64,000 bases of DNA, from IMG/VR virus record IMGVR_UViG_3300044615_001997; one strand, given 5' to 3'. The DNA is from a virus. Under the pieces are notes generated by a model that was given only the letters and a program-made list of their open reading frames with translations, had not been told where the DNA came from and made no database searches. This document shows positions 37,124-47,195 of this stretch, piece after piece. The first letter of the stretch is position 1. Every line of letters starts with the position of its first letter. A program made the position numbers and the translations under genes.

Positions 37124-38688
37124 TGGAGTTTTTAACAAAATTTAAAAATTATTATGCTTCTGGTTATTCAAGTTTATTTATTTTGACACACGAAGAACAG
37201 CGTGTAGTTAAAGATATTATAACTTTAACCGAGGAGCACGAAGATATAACAATACATGAATGGGATGCCCAAACAGGGCTTGTACGTTCAAAAGACCGAG
37301 AAGTCTTAGGAGAAAATCTACAAAACAGTACAGAATTACTTCGGTTTATTCAAAATGTAAAGTCTCAAGGAAATATCTTTATTCTAAAAGACTTCCATCT
37401 TCACTTTGACAAAGTGATCAATATTCGCATGCTGCGCAACGCATGGAATTTGATGAAGAGCCGTGGAAACATGATTGTGTTTGTAGGGCACAAATTCGCC
37501 ATACCGGCAGAATTAGAAAAAGAAATACAGTTGATTGACTATGATTTACCTGATGAAAAAAGCATCGGCGAAAGACTTCAATATATAATTGATTCTGTCA
37601 ACAAACTCAGAGTCGAAAAAGATAAAGAAGCCTTGGTTGTAGATAAACACATAGCAGATGGAGCTATCGAAGCCGCTAAGGGAATGACCTACGGCGAGAT
37701 AGAAAATGCTTTCGCTATGGCGTACACAACCAATAAAAACTTCGATCAAAGCTTCGTCTCAACTGTATTTGACGAAAAGATAGCTCAGCTAAAAAAGAAT
37801 GGTTTATTGACCTATATTCCAGCCGACATATCTTTTGATAATGTTGGCGGGCTAGGTGGATTAAAGCGTTGGTTACGCTCTCGTAAAAAGGCCTATACCC
37901 AGGAAGCCAGGGATTACAAACTACCTTTACCTAAGGGATGTATGTTCTGCTCTGTTCCTGGTGTAGGTAAAACAATGCTGGCCAAAGCCACTGCCAACGA
38001 ATTTGATTGTCCACTATTCTTATTCGACATGGGTAATGTTTTTGGTTCACATGTTGGTGATAGCGAACGTAACATGAGAGAAGCCATCAAAATCATTGAG
38101 AGCATTGGAAAATGCGTTATCTTGATTGATGAAATAGAAAAAGCTATGAGCAAAGATGCTGTGAGTGGTCGTGGAGATACTGGTGTGAGTTCACGTATAT
38201 ACGGAACTTTTCTAACCTGGCTCAATGACCGTAAAAATCCAGCCTTTATCATTGCTACCTCTAACGATCACACCATTCTACCTTCTCCCTTGATTCGCAA
38301 AGGCAGATTTGATCAACTGTTTTGGATAGACCTTCCTTCTGAAACCGAGAGAGAAGAAATATTCAATGTAGTGATTAAGAAGTACGGTAGAAATCCCGAA
38401 GACTTCGTGGTTTCTAGATTTGTAGCAGCTACCGAAGAGTTCACGGGCGCTGAAATAGAAGATGTTGTTAAATCTGCACTATTCAGAGCATTTGACAACG
38501 GTGGAGAAATATCCGATAAAGACATTATGGAGGAGATCACTGAGTTTATTCCTTTTGCTAAATCGCACGAGGACGAACTTCATCAAATGCGCCTCCAAGC
38601 CAGAGGAAAATTGGTTGTTCTTTCGGAAGAAGGAGAAACACAAACAGTAGATAACGCTCTTCGTAAGTTGAGCATAGGACTTAACTAA
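37123..38688 (+). CDS. Ycf46-like AAA+ ATPase
   Basis: THEEQR N-terminus, ILKDFH, VGGLGGLKRWL, VPGVGKT, IDEIEK, FLTWL, RKGRFDQLFWIDLP. Confidence 0.85.
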   Translation: MEFLTKFKNYYASGYSSLFILTHEEQRVVKDIITLTEEHEDITIHEWDAQTGLVRSKDREVLGENLQNSTELLRFIQNVKSQGNIFILKDFHLHFDKVINIRMLRNAWNLMKSRGNMIVFVGHKFAIPAELEKEIQLIDYDLPDEKSIGERLQYIIDSVNKLRVEKDKEALVVDKHIADGAIEAAKGMTYGEIENAFAMAYTTNKNFDQSFVSTVFDEKIAQLKKNGLLTYIPADISFDNVGGLGGLKRWLRSRKKAYTQEARDYKLPLPKGCMFCSVPGVGKTMLAKATANEFDCPLFLFDMGNVFGSHVGDSERNMREAIKIIESIGKCVILIDEIEKAMSKDAVSGRGDTGVSSRIYGTFLTWLNDRKNPAFIIATSNDHTILPSPLIRKGRFDQLFWIDLPSETEREEIFNVVIKKYGRNPEDFVVSRFVAATEEFTGAEIEDVVKSALFRAFDNGGEISDKDIMEEITEFIPFAKSHEDELHQMRLQARGKLVVLSEEGETQTVDNALRKLSIGLN

Positions 38689-38708
38689 AACCTTAACAAA
38701 TTAATATT

Positions 38709-38969
38709 ATGGAAAAATATACAAAAATTATTAGCAGAGAACAAATTACCGAACTTCTTAACGGTAAAAATATCGAAAACGTAGAAACTAAAAGATTCAA
38801 AGGTGTACTCACGCAGTATGCAGATATCATCAATACTCTACGCGAAACACACAAACTGAGCTATTTGCAAATTCATAAATTTTTGCAAGCTGAGTGCAAT
38901 TTAAAATGCACTTATCTTACGTTGCTCAACTTCATCAAAAAAAATCAAAATAACAAAATCCAAGACTAA
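38709..38969 (+). CDS. small HTH-like protein
   Basis: LSYLQIHKFL....LKCTYLTLLNFIKK helix-turn-helix-like pattern. Confidence 0.45.
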   Translation: MEKYTKIISREQITELLNGKNIENVETKRFKGVLTQYADIINTLRETHKLSYLQIHKFLQAECNLKCTYLTLLNFIKKNQNNKIQD

Positions 38970-39967
38970 TGGACTACAAAATAACAGAAACACTGCAAAA
39001 GTACTACGACCAGGTTTTCCAAGACGGCAAACTCGTCAATCTACATATTGCAATGTGGGGCATGAGCTATAGTCTCACTGAAGACGATATCAAATTGGAT
39101 AAACGCCTTCCGGAGATTATTAAGCTAGGTAAGAAAATGCTTATCAGACCCTCGGTCTATAATGCTTTTCGTAATCTACAAAGCCGTGCCCGTAATTATC
39201 TGTACGGTCATTCGTTCTCATTCCCACTTGTTCCGCAGGCACATTTCGTGCCTCGGACCAAGTACTTGGAAGTGAACAATAAATTGAATGAATATAGGAC
39301 GGAATTCCTAAACTTAAAGCAGGAGTTTATAGAAAATTATAATAGATATAAAGAACAGGCTTTAGAATACTATGCTCAACACGCAGATCAATTAAACATT
39401 GAGAGCTTAGAAGCCTTGTATCCTGATATCGATTATGTTGCTAGTAAATTCTCATTCGAGGTTGTTTCATTTGAAGTGAAGCTCCCTACAGAATTTGCCA
39501 ATATTGATATTCATACTGAAGTTGCTCGTGAACTTGCTGCGGATGCAGCTAAACAAGAAAAGTCTCAAGAGTTTCAGCAGGAATATCAAAATCAATTAAG
39601 TACACACATGAGTAAAATCAATGAATTTGTGGGTGAGGTAATTGATACCTTACGCTCAAAAGTCATCGAACATTGCTCTATAGTACTTAAAAAGATTAAG
39701 AAAAAAGACGTTGTAACTGATGCTAGCATTAAAATGTTGATGACTCACATCAACGAATTCAGGAGCCTTAACTTTATTGAAGACAAGGCTATTGAGACAG
39801 AGCTACTGAAAGTTGAAAAATTGCTTGTGAGTGGTAACGACTTTGCAAAAGACAAAGACGCAGTTCAAGAATTGCAAAATTGCCTTAATGGTGTTATCGA
39901 CGAAGCAAAAAATATGTCAGATGTGGCAAATATTTCAGGTGAATATTTCCGTAAATTAGAGGTATAA
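38969..39967 (+). CDS. DUF3150-like protein
   Basis: LVNLHIAMWG...L..DDI...KLGKKMLI...RARNYL...SF.F...HFVP pattern. Confidence 0.6.
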   Translation: MDYKITETLQKYYDQVFQDGKLVNLHIAMWGMSYSLTEDDIKLDKRLPEIIKLGKKMLIRPSVYNAFRNLQSRARNYLYGHSFSFPLVPQAHFVPRTKYLEVNNKLNEYRTEFLNLKQEFIENYNRYKEQALEYYAQHADQLNIESLEALYPDIDYVASKFSFEVVSFEVKLPTEFANIDIHTEVARELAADAAKQEKSQEFQQEYQNQLSTHMSKINEFVGEVIDTLRSKVIEHCSIVLKKIKKKDVVTDASIKMLMTHINEFRSLNFIEDKAIETELLKVEKLLVSGNDFAKDKDAVQELQNCLNGVIDEAKNMSDVANISGEYFRKLEV

Positions 39968-39968
39968 T

Positions 39969-40283
39969 ATGAGCACATTCGGAGACGATAGTGCCACCAT
40001 GAAATTACCTTCCTACGATATGCTTTGGATATCTTACGATAAACCAGAAGCAGATACGCCTCCACAATTCGCAGTAGTCCTACCCTACTGCGAAGTTGCG
40101 GATGGTGATATCGTGGAGTTGAATCCTGGTGGTATTGTTATAAATAAAAAAGAAGAACTTATAAATTTAGACTATCCTCAATTTGTAAAATTAATTGAAA
40201 AGGGTATGCAAAATGGAAAAATTACTTATCTTATGGTGCAGATGAAAGAGTCTCCTAAGGTAATACAAATTCCCGTCAAATGA
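39969..40283 (+). CDS. hypothetical protein
   Basis: 104-aa ORF in the operon. Confidence 0.55.
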   Translation: MSTFGDDSATMKLPSYDMLWISYDKPEADTPPQFAVVLPYCEVADGDIVELNPGGIVINKKEELINLDYPQFVKLIEKGMQNGKITYLMVQMKESPKVIQIPVK

Positions 40284-40669
40284 GTCATTCAGTAAATGTT
40301 TTAACTCAATTTAAAGATATTAAATTATTGCAGTCTGTTTTTGAATCGTTTGACTGGAATATCAAGACAGATACAAAATGTAGAACTTATCCAACCGATC
40401 CCAGCAAGGACGTGGTGCACCAATATGTTGCTGTAAACCCACTTTCTCATGGATACGATGTAGGTATCGATGTAGACTCTGATGGAAATGCCGTATTTAC
40501 ATGCGACTTTTTCGACAGATCTATTGAAGAAAAGTTAGGAAAAAACCTTAAAAATATTAAACAAGGTTATTCTCTCTCTAAATTGAAAAAATTTATGAGT
40601 GAGGAAGATCTAGATTACAAGGTAGAAACCTTAAACACCGGTGAACTTAAAATCATTGCCACTAAATAA
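40280..40669 (+). CDS. DUF1257/Ycf35-like protein
   Basis: MSH.V.V.TQFKD...L, YDVG......G..VFTCDFF, IKQGYS. Near the Ycf46-like ATPase. Confidence 0.65.
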   Translation: MSHSVNVLTQFKDIKLLQSVFESFDWNIKTDTKCRTYPTDPSKDVVHQYVAVNPLSHGYDVGIDVDSDGNAVFTCDFFDRSIEEKLGKNLKNIKQGYSLSKLKKFMSEEDLDYKVETLNTGELKIIATK

Positions 40670-40670
40670 T

Positions 40671-40937
40671 ATGTCCGAAACTAAAGACTTCAATCAATAT
40701 AAATCACGCCTGGCTAAATCGTTACACGAAACGCTACTGAGGGATTGTGATCCTCAACCAGATGAGCTACACATTCCATATAACCTAATCGTAGAAGATA
40801 AGGACGAGCCTTGGCATGCCTATGCCAAAGTGACATACATTGTGTTTTGCCCCACAAAAAAAGTGCATACTGTTACCATTCGTTTTCAATACGATAAGTT
40901 TGGTAAGTTTATGCTAGAGACGATGAAATATGTCTAA
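40671..40937 (+). CDS. hypothetical protein
   Basis: ATG 40671 preferred. Confidence 0.5.
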   Translation: MSETKDFNQYKSRLAKSLHETLLRDCDPQPDELHIPYNLIVEDKDEPWHAYAKVTYIVFCPTKKVHTVTIRFQYDKFGKFMLETMKYV

Positions 40938-41127
40938 GCATATAGAATTTTCTATAGATGTAGAAGGCAATGTAAAAATCCAGAAATTAGAAGGTTATGG
41001 ATCTGGTTGTGTAGAGGCTACAAAATTTCTGGAAAGATCTCTCGGTAATGCCGACGAAAGCTCCAGAGAATACACCGAAGAAATAACCAAGTCTGCGAGC
41101 AGCGCAGATGACTACATCACATTATGA
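40930..41127 (+). CDS. DUF2997-like protein
   Basis: IEFSIDVEGNVKI...GYGSGCVEATKFLERSLG......TEE. Confidence 0.7.
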   Translation: MSKHIEFSIDVEGNVKIQKLEGYGSGCVEATKFLERSLGNADESSREYTEEITKSASSADDYITL

Positions 41128-41417
41128 CCGAAACCGTGTATATAGATGCTGATGGCTCTATACACGGTTTAAATGGTTTTATACTAGACAATGTAGAAAT
41201 GGGACCAAAGAAGGTATCTAGAGTTTCTAACATCGAATTCAATCATTTCATTCAGCTATGGGAAGCCATTGACGCTGAGGGAAATCTTATCGGTAGAAGC
41301 AGCTCTAGAGCCTCCTTGGTCGATCTAGAAAAAGATTATTTAAACAATAAAATAGAAGCAAACTATGCGTCGAATAAGAACGGCTTTTTTCAAAAAGATA
41401 AACAAACGAGTAACTAG
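41124..41417 (+). CDS. hypothetical protein
   Basis: IDADGSIHGL...G...VSRVSNIEF....WEA pattern. Directly follows the DUF2997-like gene. Confidence 0.55.
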   Translation: MTETVYIDADGSIHGLNGFILDNVEMGPKKVSRVSNIEFNHFIQLWEAIDAEGNLIGRSSSRASLVDLEKDYLNNKIEANYASNKNGFFQKDKQTSN

Positions 41418-41730
41418 AGACTATGTTCTTGAGTTGGTAGAAAGTTCTTCTGGAAGTTATTATCTTCTAGAAAATGAGCTAGATTATGATAACGGAGAGT
41501 TTAAAAAAACTGAACTTTTTAAAAGTCACACCGACTTGGAAGAAATTGAAGATTACTTTAGAGCACAGTGCAGTAAGAAGTTAAAAGAGAAATATTCGCT
41601 AGCTGAAAATGGCGATACGTTTAATCATGTAAAGTTTTTACTGGATTATTCTGAACAGCACATTAATAAAGCTGAACAACAAACAGCACTTGAAACTACC
41701 GAAGAAATGCCTAGATTAATTAGACTATGA
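41365..41730 (+). CDS. hypothetical protein, WGR-domain-like
   Basis: DYVLELVE...Y.L ... F...CSKKLKEKY resembles a WGR fold without the WGR motif. Confidence 0.4.
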   Translation: MRRIRTAFFKKINKRVTRDYVLELVESSSGSYYLLENELDYDNGEFKKTELFKSHTDLEEIEDYFRAQCSKKLKEKYSLAENGDTFNHVKFLLDYSEQHINKAEQQTALETTEEMPRLIRL

Positions 41731-42821
41731 AATTTCTAGTCATATCAGATCAGCATTTAGGACATAAGCTATATAATTTCCCTGAGCTTGAAAACGATTC
41801 CAGGCAATTATTTTCTTCGGTTGTGGACCTGGCGCAGAGCTTAAAAGTAGATTATTTGGTCTCTGTCGGAGACCTTTTTGACAATAACCGTCCTACATCA
41901 GAACTAATCGACTTTGTGTCATTTGAGCTGGATCGATTGAAGGAAGCTGGTATAGGCGCTGTAGCCATTGCTGGAGATCATAGCAAACCATTGGATGGCG
42001 TTACTTGGGAAAAGATCTGTGGATTTAAACCCATTAACTCTGTTCCTGAGTTTGTTGGAATTGACTACAATGATAATCCCAAACAAACACTGGAGTTACT
42101 TAACAAGGAATTAAACAACCGGCCTGAAAATAGCGTTAAGTTTATTTTTATGCATCAACAAATTCCCGAGCTTTGGCCGTTTTGTGACGAGAAGAAAATA
42201 ATACCTTTAAAAGACATAGATTTTTCTAATCATTGCCACTCATTAAAGGCTGTGTTTTTGGGCGATATTCACAAACGCAAAGAAATGTGGTATAAAGATC
42301 CTGTCTGTAACTCGAAAATATTCATAGGTTATTGTGGAAGTTTAGGTGTTACTGCCTCGGATGAAACTGAAAAAGAAGGTTTGTATCTTTGGGCCGACGA
42401 TTCTTTGAACTTGGTGGAATATTCATTGCCTAGACAGTTTATCAGCATTACGATCAATAAGGACAACATCGATACATTAGTAAAATCTCAGTTTGATAAA
42501 TATCAAAATTCAGACAGTAGACCTGTATTTATATGTAAATATTCTCCAGATGTTTCTGAGCAGCTGAATAAGCTAAATTTCTTGTATGAGTTAGGAATAG
42601 TTAAATTCACGAGAGTTAGGATAGATAAAACAGAGGCAGAAGAATACATAAACATACGTTCTGAATTAAAGACAAACGACAGAATTTCTATTGTTTTAAA
42701 AAATTTGATTAATGGTCGAAAAGATGGAAATGTATTGTACGATTATGGATATCGTTTACTGCTGGATGAAGATCCAGCTAACGTTCTAGATGAATTAAAA
42801 TTAAATTATATAACAAACTAA
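41727..42821 (+). CDS. sbcD: SbcD/Mre11-like metallophosphoesterase nuclease
   Basis: SDQHLG, VGDLFD, AGDH, MHQ, LGDIH and YCGS motifs. Confidence 0.85.
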   Translation: MKFLVISDQHLGHKLYNFPELENDSRQLFSSVVDLAQSLKVDYLVSVGDLFDNNRPTSELIDFVSFELDRLKEAGIGAVAIAGDHSKPLDGVTWEKICGFKPINSVPEFVGIDYNDNPKQTLELLNKELNNRPENSVKFIFMHQQIPELWPFCDEKKIIPLKDIDFSNHCHSLKAVFLGDIHKRKEMWYKDPVCNSKIFIGYCGSLGVTASDETEKEGLYLWADDSLNLVEYSLPRQFISITINKDNIDTLVKSQFDKYQNSDSRPVFICKYSPDVSEQLNKLNFLYELGIVKFTRVRIDKTEAEEYINIRSELKTNDRISIVLKNLINGRKDGNVLYDYGYRLLLDEDPANVLDELKLNYITN

Positions 42822-42822
42822 T

Positions 42823-43149
42823 ATGAGTAAAAACATAGTTAAAAAAGTCGAACCTACCGGAGATGTTTGCGTTAAATTCACTGAAGAAGAAATGCAGCAA
42901 TTAAATATCGCCCCTGGAGACAAGTTCTCAATGGACATTGTCGATGGCGGTATCATGCTCAAAAAATTCGTCAAAGTAGAAATAGATATATCAGATTGGT
43001 CCAGAGAACTGTTGGAAAGCTTGATAGATGTTTCTTGCACGGAAGATATCAGCGTAAATGAAGTTATATCAAACATCATTAAAAAAAGAATATCTAAAGA
43101 TGGCGTTATTTCTGGTGACGTAGAGCCACACGAAATACCGGAATGGTGA
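42823..43149 (+). CDS. AbrB/MazE-like DNA-binding protein
   Basis: GDVCVKFTEEEMQQLNIAPGDKFSMDIVDGGIMLKK swapped-hairpin signature. Confidence 0.65.
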   Translation: MSKNIVKKVEPTGDVCVKFTEEEMQQLNIAPGDKFSMDIVDGGIMLKKFVKVEIDISDWSRELLESLIDVSCTEDISVNEVISNIIKKRISKDGVISGDVEPHEIPEW

Positions 43150-45203
43150 TGGAATTAATCCAATTAAATCTTAAAAACTTTAGAACTCACAAAAAACTAG
43201 AGCTATCCTTCAAGGAAGGAATTACCGGCATCATTGGAAATAATGGTGCCGGTAAGTCTAGTGTGATTGAGGCTATATCCTTCTTGTTAACTGGTGAAGG
43301 CTATGGAGCTAAGGCAGACATGTTGTCTGTAGGAGAAACATCTGGGTATGTATTAGGTCATCTAAAAATAGATGGGAAAGAAGCTGTCCTGGAAAGACAT
43401 TTAGATACTTCTAAAGTTGCTTTTAAATATGACGGAATTATTTATAAAAAAGCCGGAGAAGTATCTGCCATATGGGAACAATTGTTTCAAATAGATAAGA
43501 ATATATTTAAAAATATAATTATTTCCAAGCAGGGTGAAACAGCCTTATTGTTTTCTGGTGATAATAGTATAAAAGAAAAAATATTTCAAAAGATTTTCTT
43601 AGTACCTAACACCACAAAAATACGTGACACCATCTGGAATAAGTATATTAAAAGTGCTCCACCAGAATATCCGGTTCTAGATGAAGAACAAACTTTAAAA
43701 GACCTGATTAATTTGGAAAGCCAGATTATCGCCAAGAAAGAAAAGCTTAGCCGATTTCCAGTTAATATCGACTCAGAACATATCAGTTTATCTAGCCGAC
43801 AAACTTATTTGATAAATTGTAAAAATTCTGAAGCATATAAAGATTCTATTTTATCTAAAATAGCTGCATTAACTCAGGAGCAAGAACAGGTTAAAGCTGA
43901 GATAGAAACTAGCAAAACTAAGTTATCTTTAATAGATTACAATCAAATTAACGCAGCTTTACAGCAATTAACACTGAGTAAGCCAAAACATGATCAAAAA
44001 ATAAAGATTGAAAAAGATTTACACGAGATTAAAGAAAGCTTAAATAGTCTAGACTCTAAAGATTTTTCTAAATTAGAGGGGCTAGCCAGCCGTAAAGCTG
44101 AAATAAGTGCTGAATATGTTTTGTTCGATAAAGAGTATAACAGCATTAAGTCTAAGATAGATAAATTTAAGTCTAATGATTTAACTGAGGCTGAAGCTTG
44201 TCCTTACTGTGGTTCTGAGTTGAAAGACTTGGCAGCCTACTTAACGCATTTAGAAGCTAAGCTTCCAGAGCTGATTAATAAGATAGACAGCTACAGCCAA
44301 ACACTCGAACAACTCAAAACCGAATACACTGATTTATCTAAAAAGAAATTAGCGTACGAAAGTTTAAATAATGAGTTTTTACAGTTAAGTAATTCTTTAG
44401 ATGCGCTTAAAGATATTCGTTTTGATGAGGGGGAGTATAATTTATATAACAGCGTCATCAACCAGTACAACGAACTCAGCGCTAAAAAAGACGAACTAAA
44501 TGCCAGAGTTCAAGACTTGTCAGCCAGTATCATAGATCAAAATGTAAAACTTATATCTGTGGCTATTTACGATAATGCTACTAAGTCTCTAGATGAAGAG
44601 CTTTCTCAGGTTGTAAAAGACCTAGAAAAAATTAAAACAGACTTAGCCTCTAAAAAAGAGCTTGAGCTGGGTTTAGCCAAAGATGAGCAAGTTTTGGCTA
44701 TTACTCAAAAAACATTTGAAAATAACAAAGAAATTAAAGCTAAGAATGAGCAACGTAATAAGTATCTTTATATACTGAATGAATTGTATGAATTATTTCA
44801 TACTTCTCAATTTCCTAGAAAATTGATACAGACCTATGCTGGCACAGTGTCTGAATATCTCAACGAGCATCTTCAATTATTTAATTTTCCATACAACGCC
44901 AAGGTTAATGATAATTTTGGAATAGATGTGACTCACACTAATGGACATAAACTTCCATCAGTTTCAGGTGGTCAAGAAATTATGATTGGTGTTGCCCTGA
45001 GATTAGCTTTACATAATATGTTCGGTTCGGCTTTTCCCATGATGATACTTGATGAAGGTTCAGTACATTTATCTGCAGAATCTAAAAAAAGCTATTTTGA
45101 AATTATTAAAAATTTAAAGAAGATTAGCAATTTTAAACAAATAATAATTGTAGACCACGACGATGACTTATCTTCTGTGGTCGACAACACTATAAAACTA
45201 TGA
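43149..45203 (+). CDS. sbcC: SbcC/Rad50-like SMC ATPase
   Basis: GNNGAGKS, Q-loop, coiled coil with CPYCG zinc hook, VSGGQ signature, ILDEG, VDHD. Confidence 0.9.
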   Translation: MELIQLNLKNFRTHKKLELSFKEGITGIIGNNGAGKSSVIEAISFLLTGEGYGAKADMLSVGETSGYVLGHLKIDGKEAVLERHLDTSKVAFKYDGIIYKKAGEVSAIWEQLFQIDKNIFKNIIISKQGETALLFSGDNSIKEKIFQKIFLVPNTTKIRDTIWNKYIKSAPPEYPVLDEEQTLKDLINLESQIIAKKEKLSRFPVNIDSEHISLSSRQTYLINCKNSEAYKDSILSKIAALTQEQEQVKAEIETSKTKLSLIDYNQINAALQQLTLSKPKHDQKIKIEKDLHEIKESLNSLDSKDFSKLEGLASRKAEISAEYVLFDKEYNSIKSKIDKFKSNDLTEAEACPYCGSELKDLAAYLTHLEAKLPELINKIDSYSQTLEQLKTEYTDLSKKKLAYESLNNEFLQLSNSLDALKDIRFDEGEYNLYNSVINQYNELSAKKDELNARVQDLSASIIDQNVKLISVAIYDNATKSLDEELSQVVKDLEKIKTDLASKKELELGLAKDEQVLAITQKTFENNKEIKAKNEQRNKYLYILNELYELFHTSQFPRKLIQTYAGTVSEYLNEHLQLFNFPYNAKVNDNFGIDVTHTNGHKLPSVSGGQEIMIGVALRLALHNMFGSAFPMMILDEGSVHLSAESKKSYFEIIKNLKKISNFKQIIIVDHDDDLSSVVDNTIKL

Positions 45204-45406
45204 GCAATAAATACGACGACATAATACCTGCCATTTTGACTGCTGCTTCAGCAGTTTATCTAGGTATGAACAGGCAGGGTAAGAAATTAAAAAATGTGGC
45301 AAAAGACTCTATACATTGCCTCTTAGACGACGGTCATAAAAAACCCAACAGGTTCAGAAAAAAATCTCGTGCTAAATTTAGAAGAAAAGAAGAGACAACT
45401 GTATAA
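45200..45406 (+). CDS. hypothetical basic protein
   Basis: 68 aa with an ATGA overlap. Confidence 0.45.
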   Translation: MSNKYDDIIPAILTAASAVYLGMNRQGKKLKNVAKDSIHCLLDDGHKKPNRFRKKSRAKFRRKEETTV

Positions 45407-45563
45407 CTTGCCTACAGGATACAGAATAACTATGGCTGTAGCCATATTTGTTTCTTTTCTGTTAGATAAACCTTACAGTAATTTTATCATGGGGGGTATA
45501 GCAGGAATACTGCTATACCCTCTTGTGGAATATTTTATCTACGTAACTTCCGATAAATCTTAG
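45369..45563 (+). CDS. small membrane protein
   Basis: Two hydrophobic segments. Start uncertain (45369 GTG or 45432 ATG). Confidence 0.4.
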   Translation: MLNLEEKKRQLYNLPTGYRITMAVAIFVSFLLDKPYSNFIMGGIAGILLYPLVEYFIYVTSDKS

Positions 45564-45565
45564 CT

Positions 45566-47035
45566 ATGCATATAGAAATAACCAGGTTTGATGGTGGGTT
45601 GAGGTTTAAGCCTTTTCCTCCGTATTTAACAAAATATTTAAAATATCACCATCGAGAAATGCAAACCATACAATACAAACGCGAATGTGTGTTTGTGGAA
45701 AAACTTCTCTATTCTGTAGATGCTTCTGGGTATGCATTCACTCTTCCTGGATTTTTTAAATCTGTAGTTGAATTAATACATAAGCATCATGACACGTATA
45801 ATGTAGATGATTTGAGAACAGTTCTTCCTCCTACAGACTGGGACAGAATTAAAAAGTTTAAATTAAGGGATTATCAAATCCCGTTAGTGGCTGAACTCAT
45901 ACTTAAAGGTGAAAACGATAGTGGGGTTATTAATGCTGCTGGCGGTATCGGCAAAACTCATTTAGCTGCCGTTACGTATGCCGCATGGAATAACTTAAAC
46001 ACCATACTAGCCATACCTCTAAAAGAAGTGGTTCGACAGACTTATCAAAAGTTTAAGACTTTTTTTCCTGAAAAACATGTTGGAATAATGGGGGATGGAA
46101 TGAATGATCTCAGTAACGACATAACTATAACTACGTTCAAAAGTCTAAAAAATTGTGCATTGGAAAAATGTGAATTGTTGTTGGTGGATGAGATGCAGTC
46201 TGCTGGTAGTCCTACCTTTAGAAATTGCATGAATCTAATGAAACCTGTACGTATGTTCGGGTTCAGCGCAACAACGGACGGCTTATTTAACAATACCGAT
46301 AAGTTATTAATAGGTCTTTTTGGTGAAGATTTAATTTATTTTCCTTATACAGAAGCTGAAGATGTGGCTGCAGTTGTTCCAGGAGTTGTCTACATGATTA
46401 AAATGCCTGAAAATTACTACATGTCTGATTACTCGAGTATAGAAAACAAAATTAAACACGGCATCAAAAAATGTGATGCTAGACATGAAATAATAGGTGA
46501 AGTCTGCAAAAACGTACCTGCAGATTGGCAAACTATTATATTTGTCGATCACGTTAAAGATCATTTAGTGCCGCTATATAAATATCTTCCCACAGGGACA
46601 AAATATTTGCATAGGGAATCTAGTAAAAAAGCTGTAGGCTCTTTTGCGCTCACTAATAAAGAACAGAAAACTACCGCAGAAAGTTTTTCCAACAACGAAT
46701 TTCAATTCTTGGTAGCTACAGACGCTTTCAGAGCGGGTGTAGATATACCTAATTGCAGAGTTGTTATACAGGCTTCTGGAGGATCTTCTAAAGTTGAAGT
46801 ACTTCAGGAGGCGCTACGTGGAAGCCGTATTCTTCCTGAAGAACAGCGAGCTAAATTTGATTTAACAGAAAAAACACACTTCATACTGATTGATATGATG
46901 GATAACCATGACGATGTATTAAACGGAATGGCTAAAAAAAGAATTCAGTATTATAAAGAGCAGGGCTGGACAGTCAATATCATAGACTCCATTAAAGATA
47001 TTGATTGGTTACAGATTAACACAAAATCGATTTGA
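45566..47035 (+). CDS. superfamily 2 helicase (UvsW/XPB-like)
   Basis: LRDYQ, AGGIGKT, VDEMQ, SAT, AGVDIP and QEALRGSR motifs. Confidence 0.85.
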   Translation: MHIEITRFDGGLRFKPFPPYLTKYLKYHHREMQTIQYKRECVFVEKLLYSVDASGYAFTLPGFFKSVVELIHKHHDTYNVDDLRTVLPPTDWDRIKKFKLRDYQIPLVAELILKGENDSGVINAAGGIGKTHLAAVTYAAWNNLNTILAIPLKEVVRQTYQKFKTFFPEKHVGIMGDGMNDLSNDITITTFKSLKNCALEKCELLLVDEMQSAGSPTFRNCMNLMKPVRMFGFSATTDGLFNNTDKLLIGLFGEDLIYFPYTEAEDVAAVVPGVVYMIKMPENYYMSDYSSIENKIKHGIKKCDARHEIIGEVCKNVPADWQTIIFVDHVKDHLVPLYKYLPTGTKYLHRESSKKAVGSFALTNKEQKTTAESFSNNEFQFLVATDAFRAGVDIPNCRVVIQASGGSSKVEVLQEALRGSRILPEEQRAKFDLTEKTHFILIDMMDNHDDVLNGMAKKRIQYYKEQGWTVNIIDSIKDIDWLQINTKSI

Positions 47036-47037
47036 CA

Positions 47038-47074
47038 TGTGGGTGTAGTGAGATAACTTCAAGCTACACCCACA
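47038..47074. promoter_or_regulatory. inverted repeat adjoining a TTGACA box
   Basis: TGTGGGTGTAG/CTACACCCACA 11-bp stem directly after TTGACA (47032-37). No U-tract. Confidence 0.45.
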
Positions 47075-47080
47075 CCATTT

Positions 47081-47194
47081 ATGAAAAAACTATTTTTAAT
47101 ATCGTTGTTTTTGTTTAGCTATTCATTGTTTATAGCTTTAAATACTTTCGTTATCACGTCGACAATTCATTACACACTCAAGTTACTTTCTTGA
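47081..47194 (+). CDS. 37-aa hydrophobic peptide (not in ORF track)
   Basis: MKKLFLISLFLFSYSLFIALNTFVITSTIHYTLKLLS. Stop ends 1 nt before the primase ATG. Confidence 0.45.
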   Translation: MKKLFLISLFLFSYSLFIALNTFVITSTIHYTLKLLS

Positions 47195-47195
47195 T

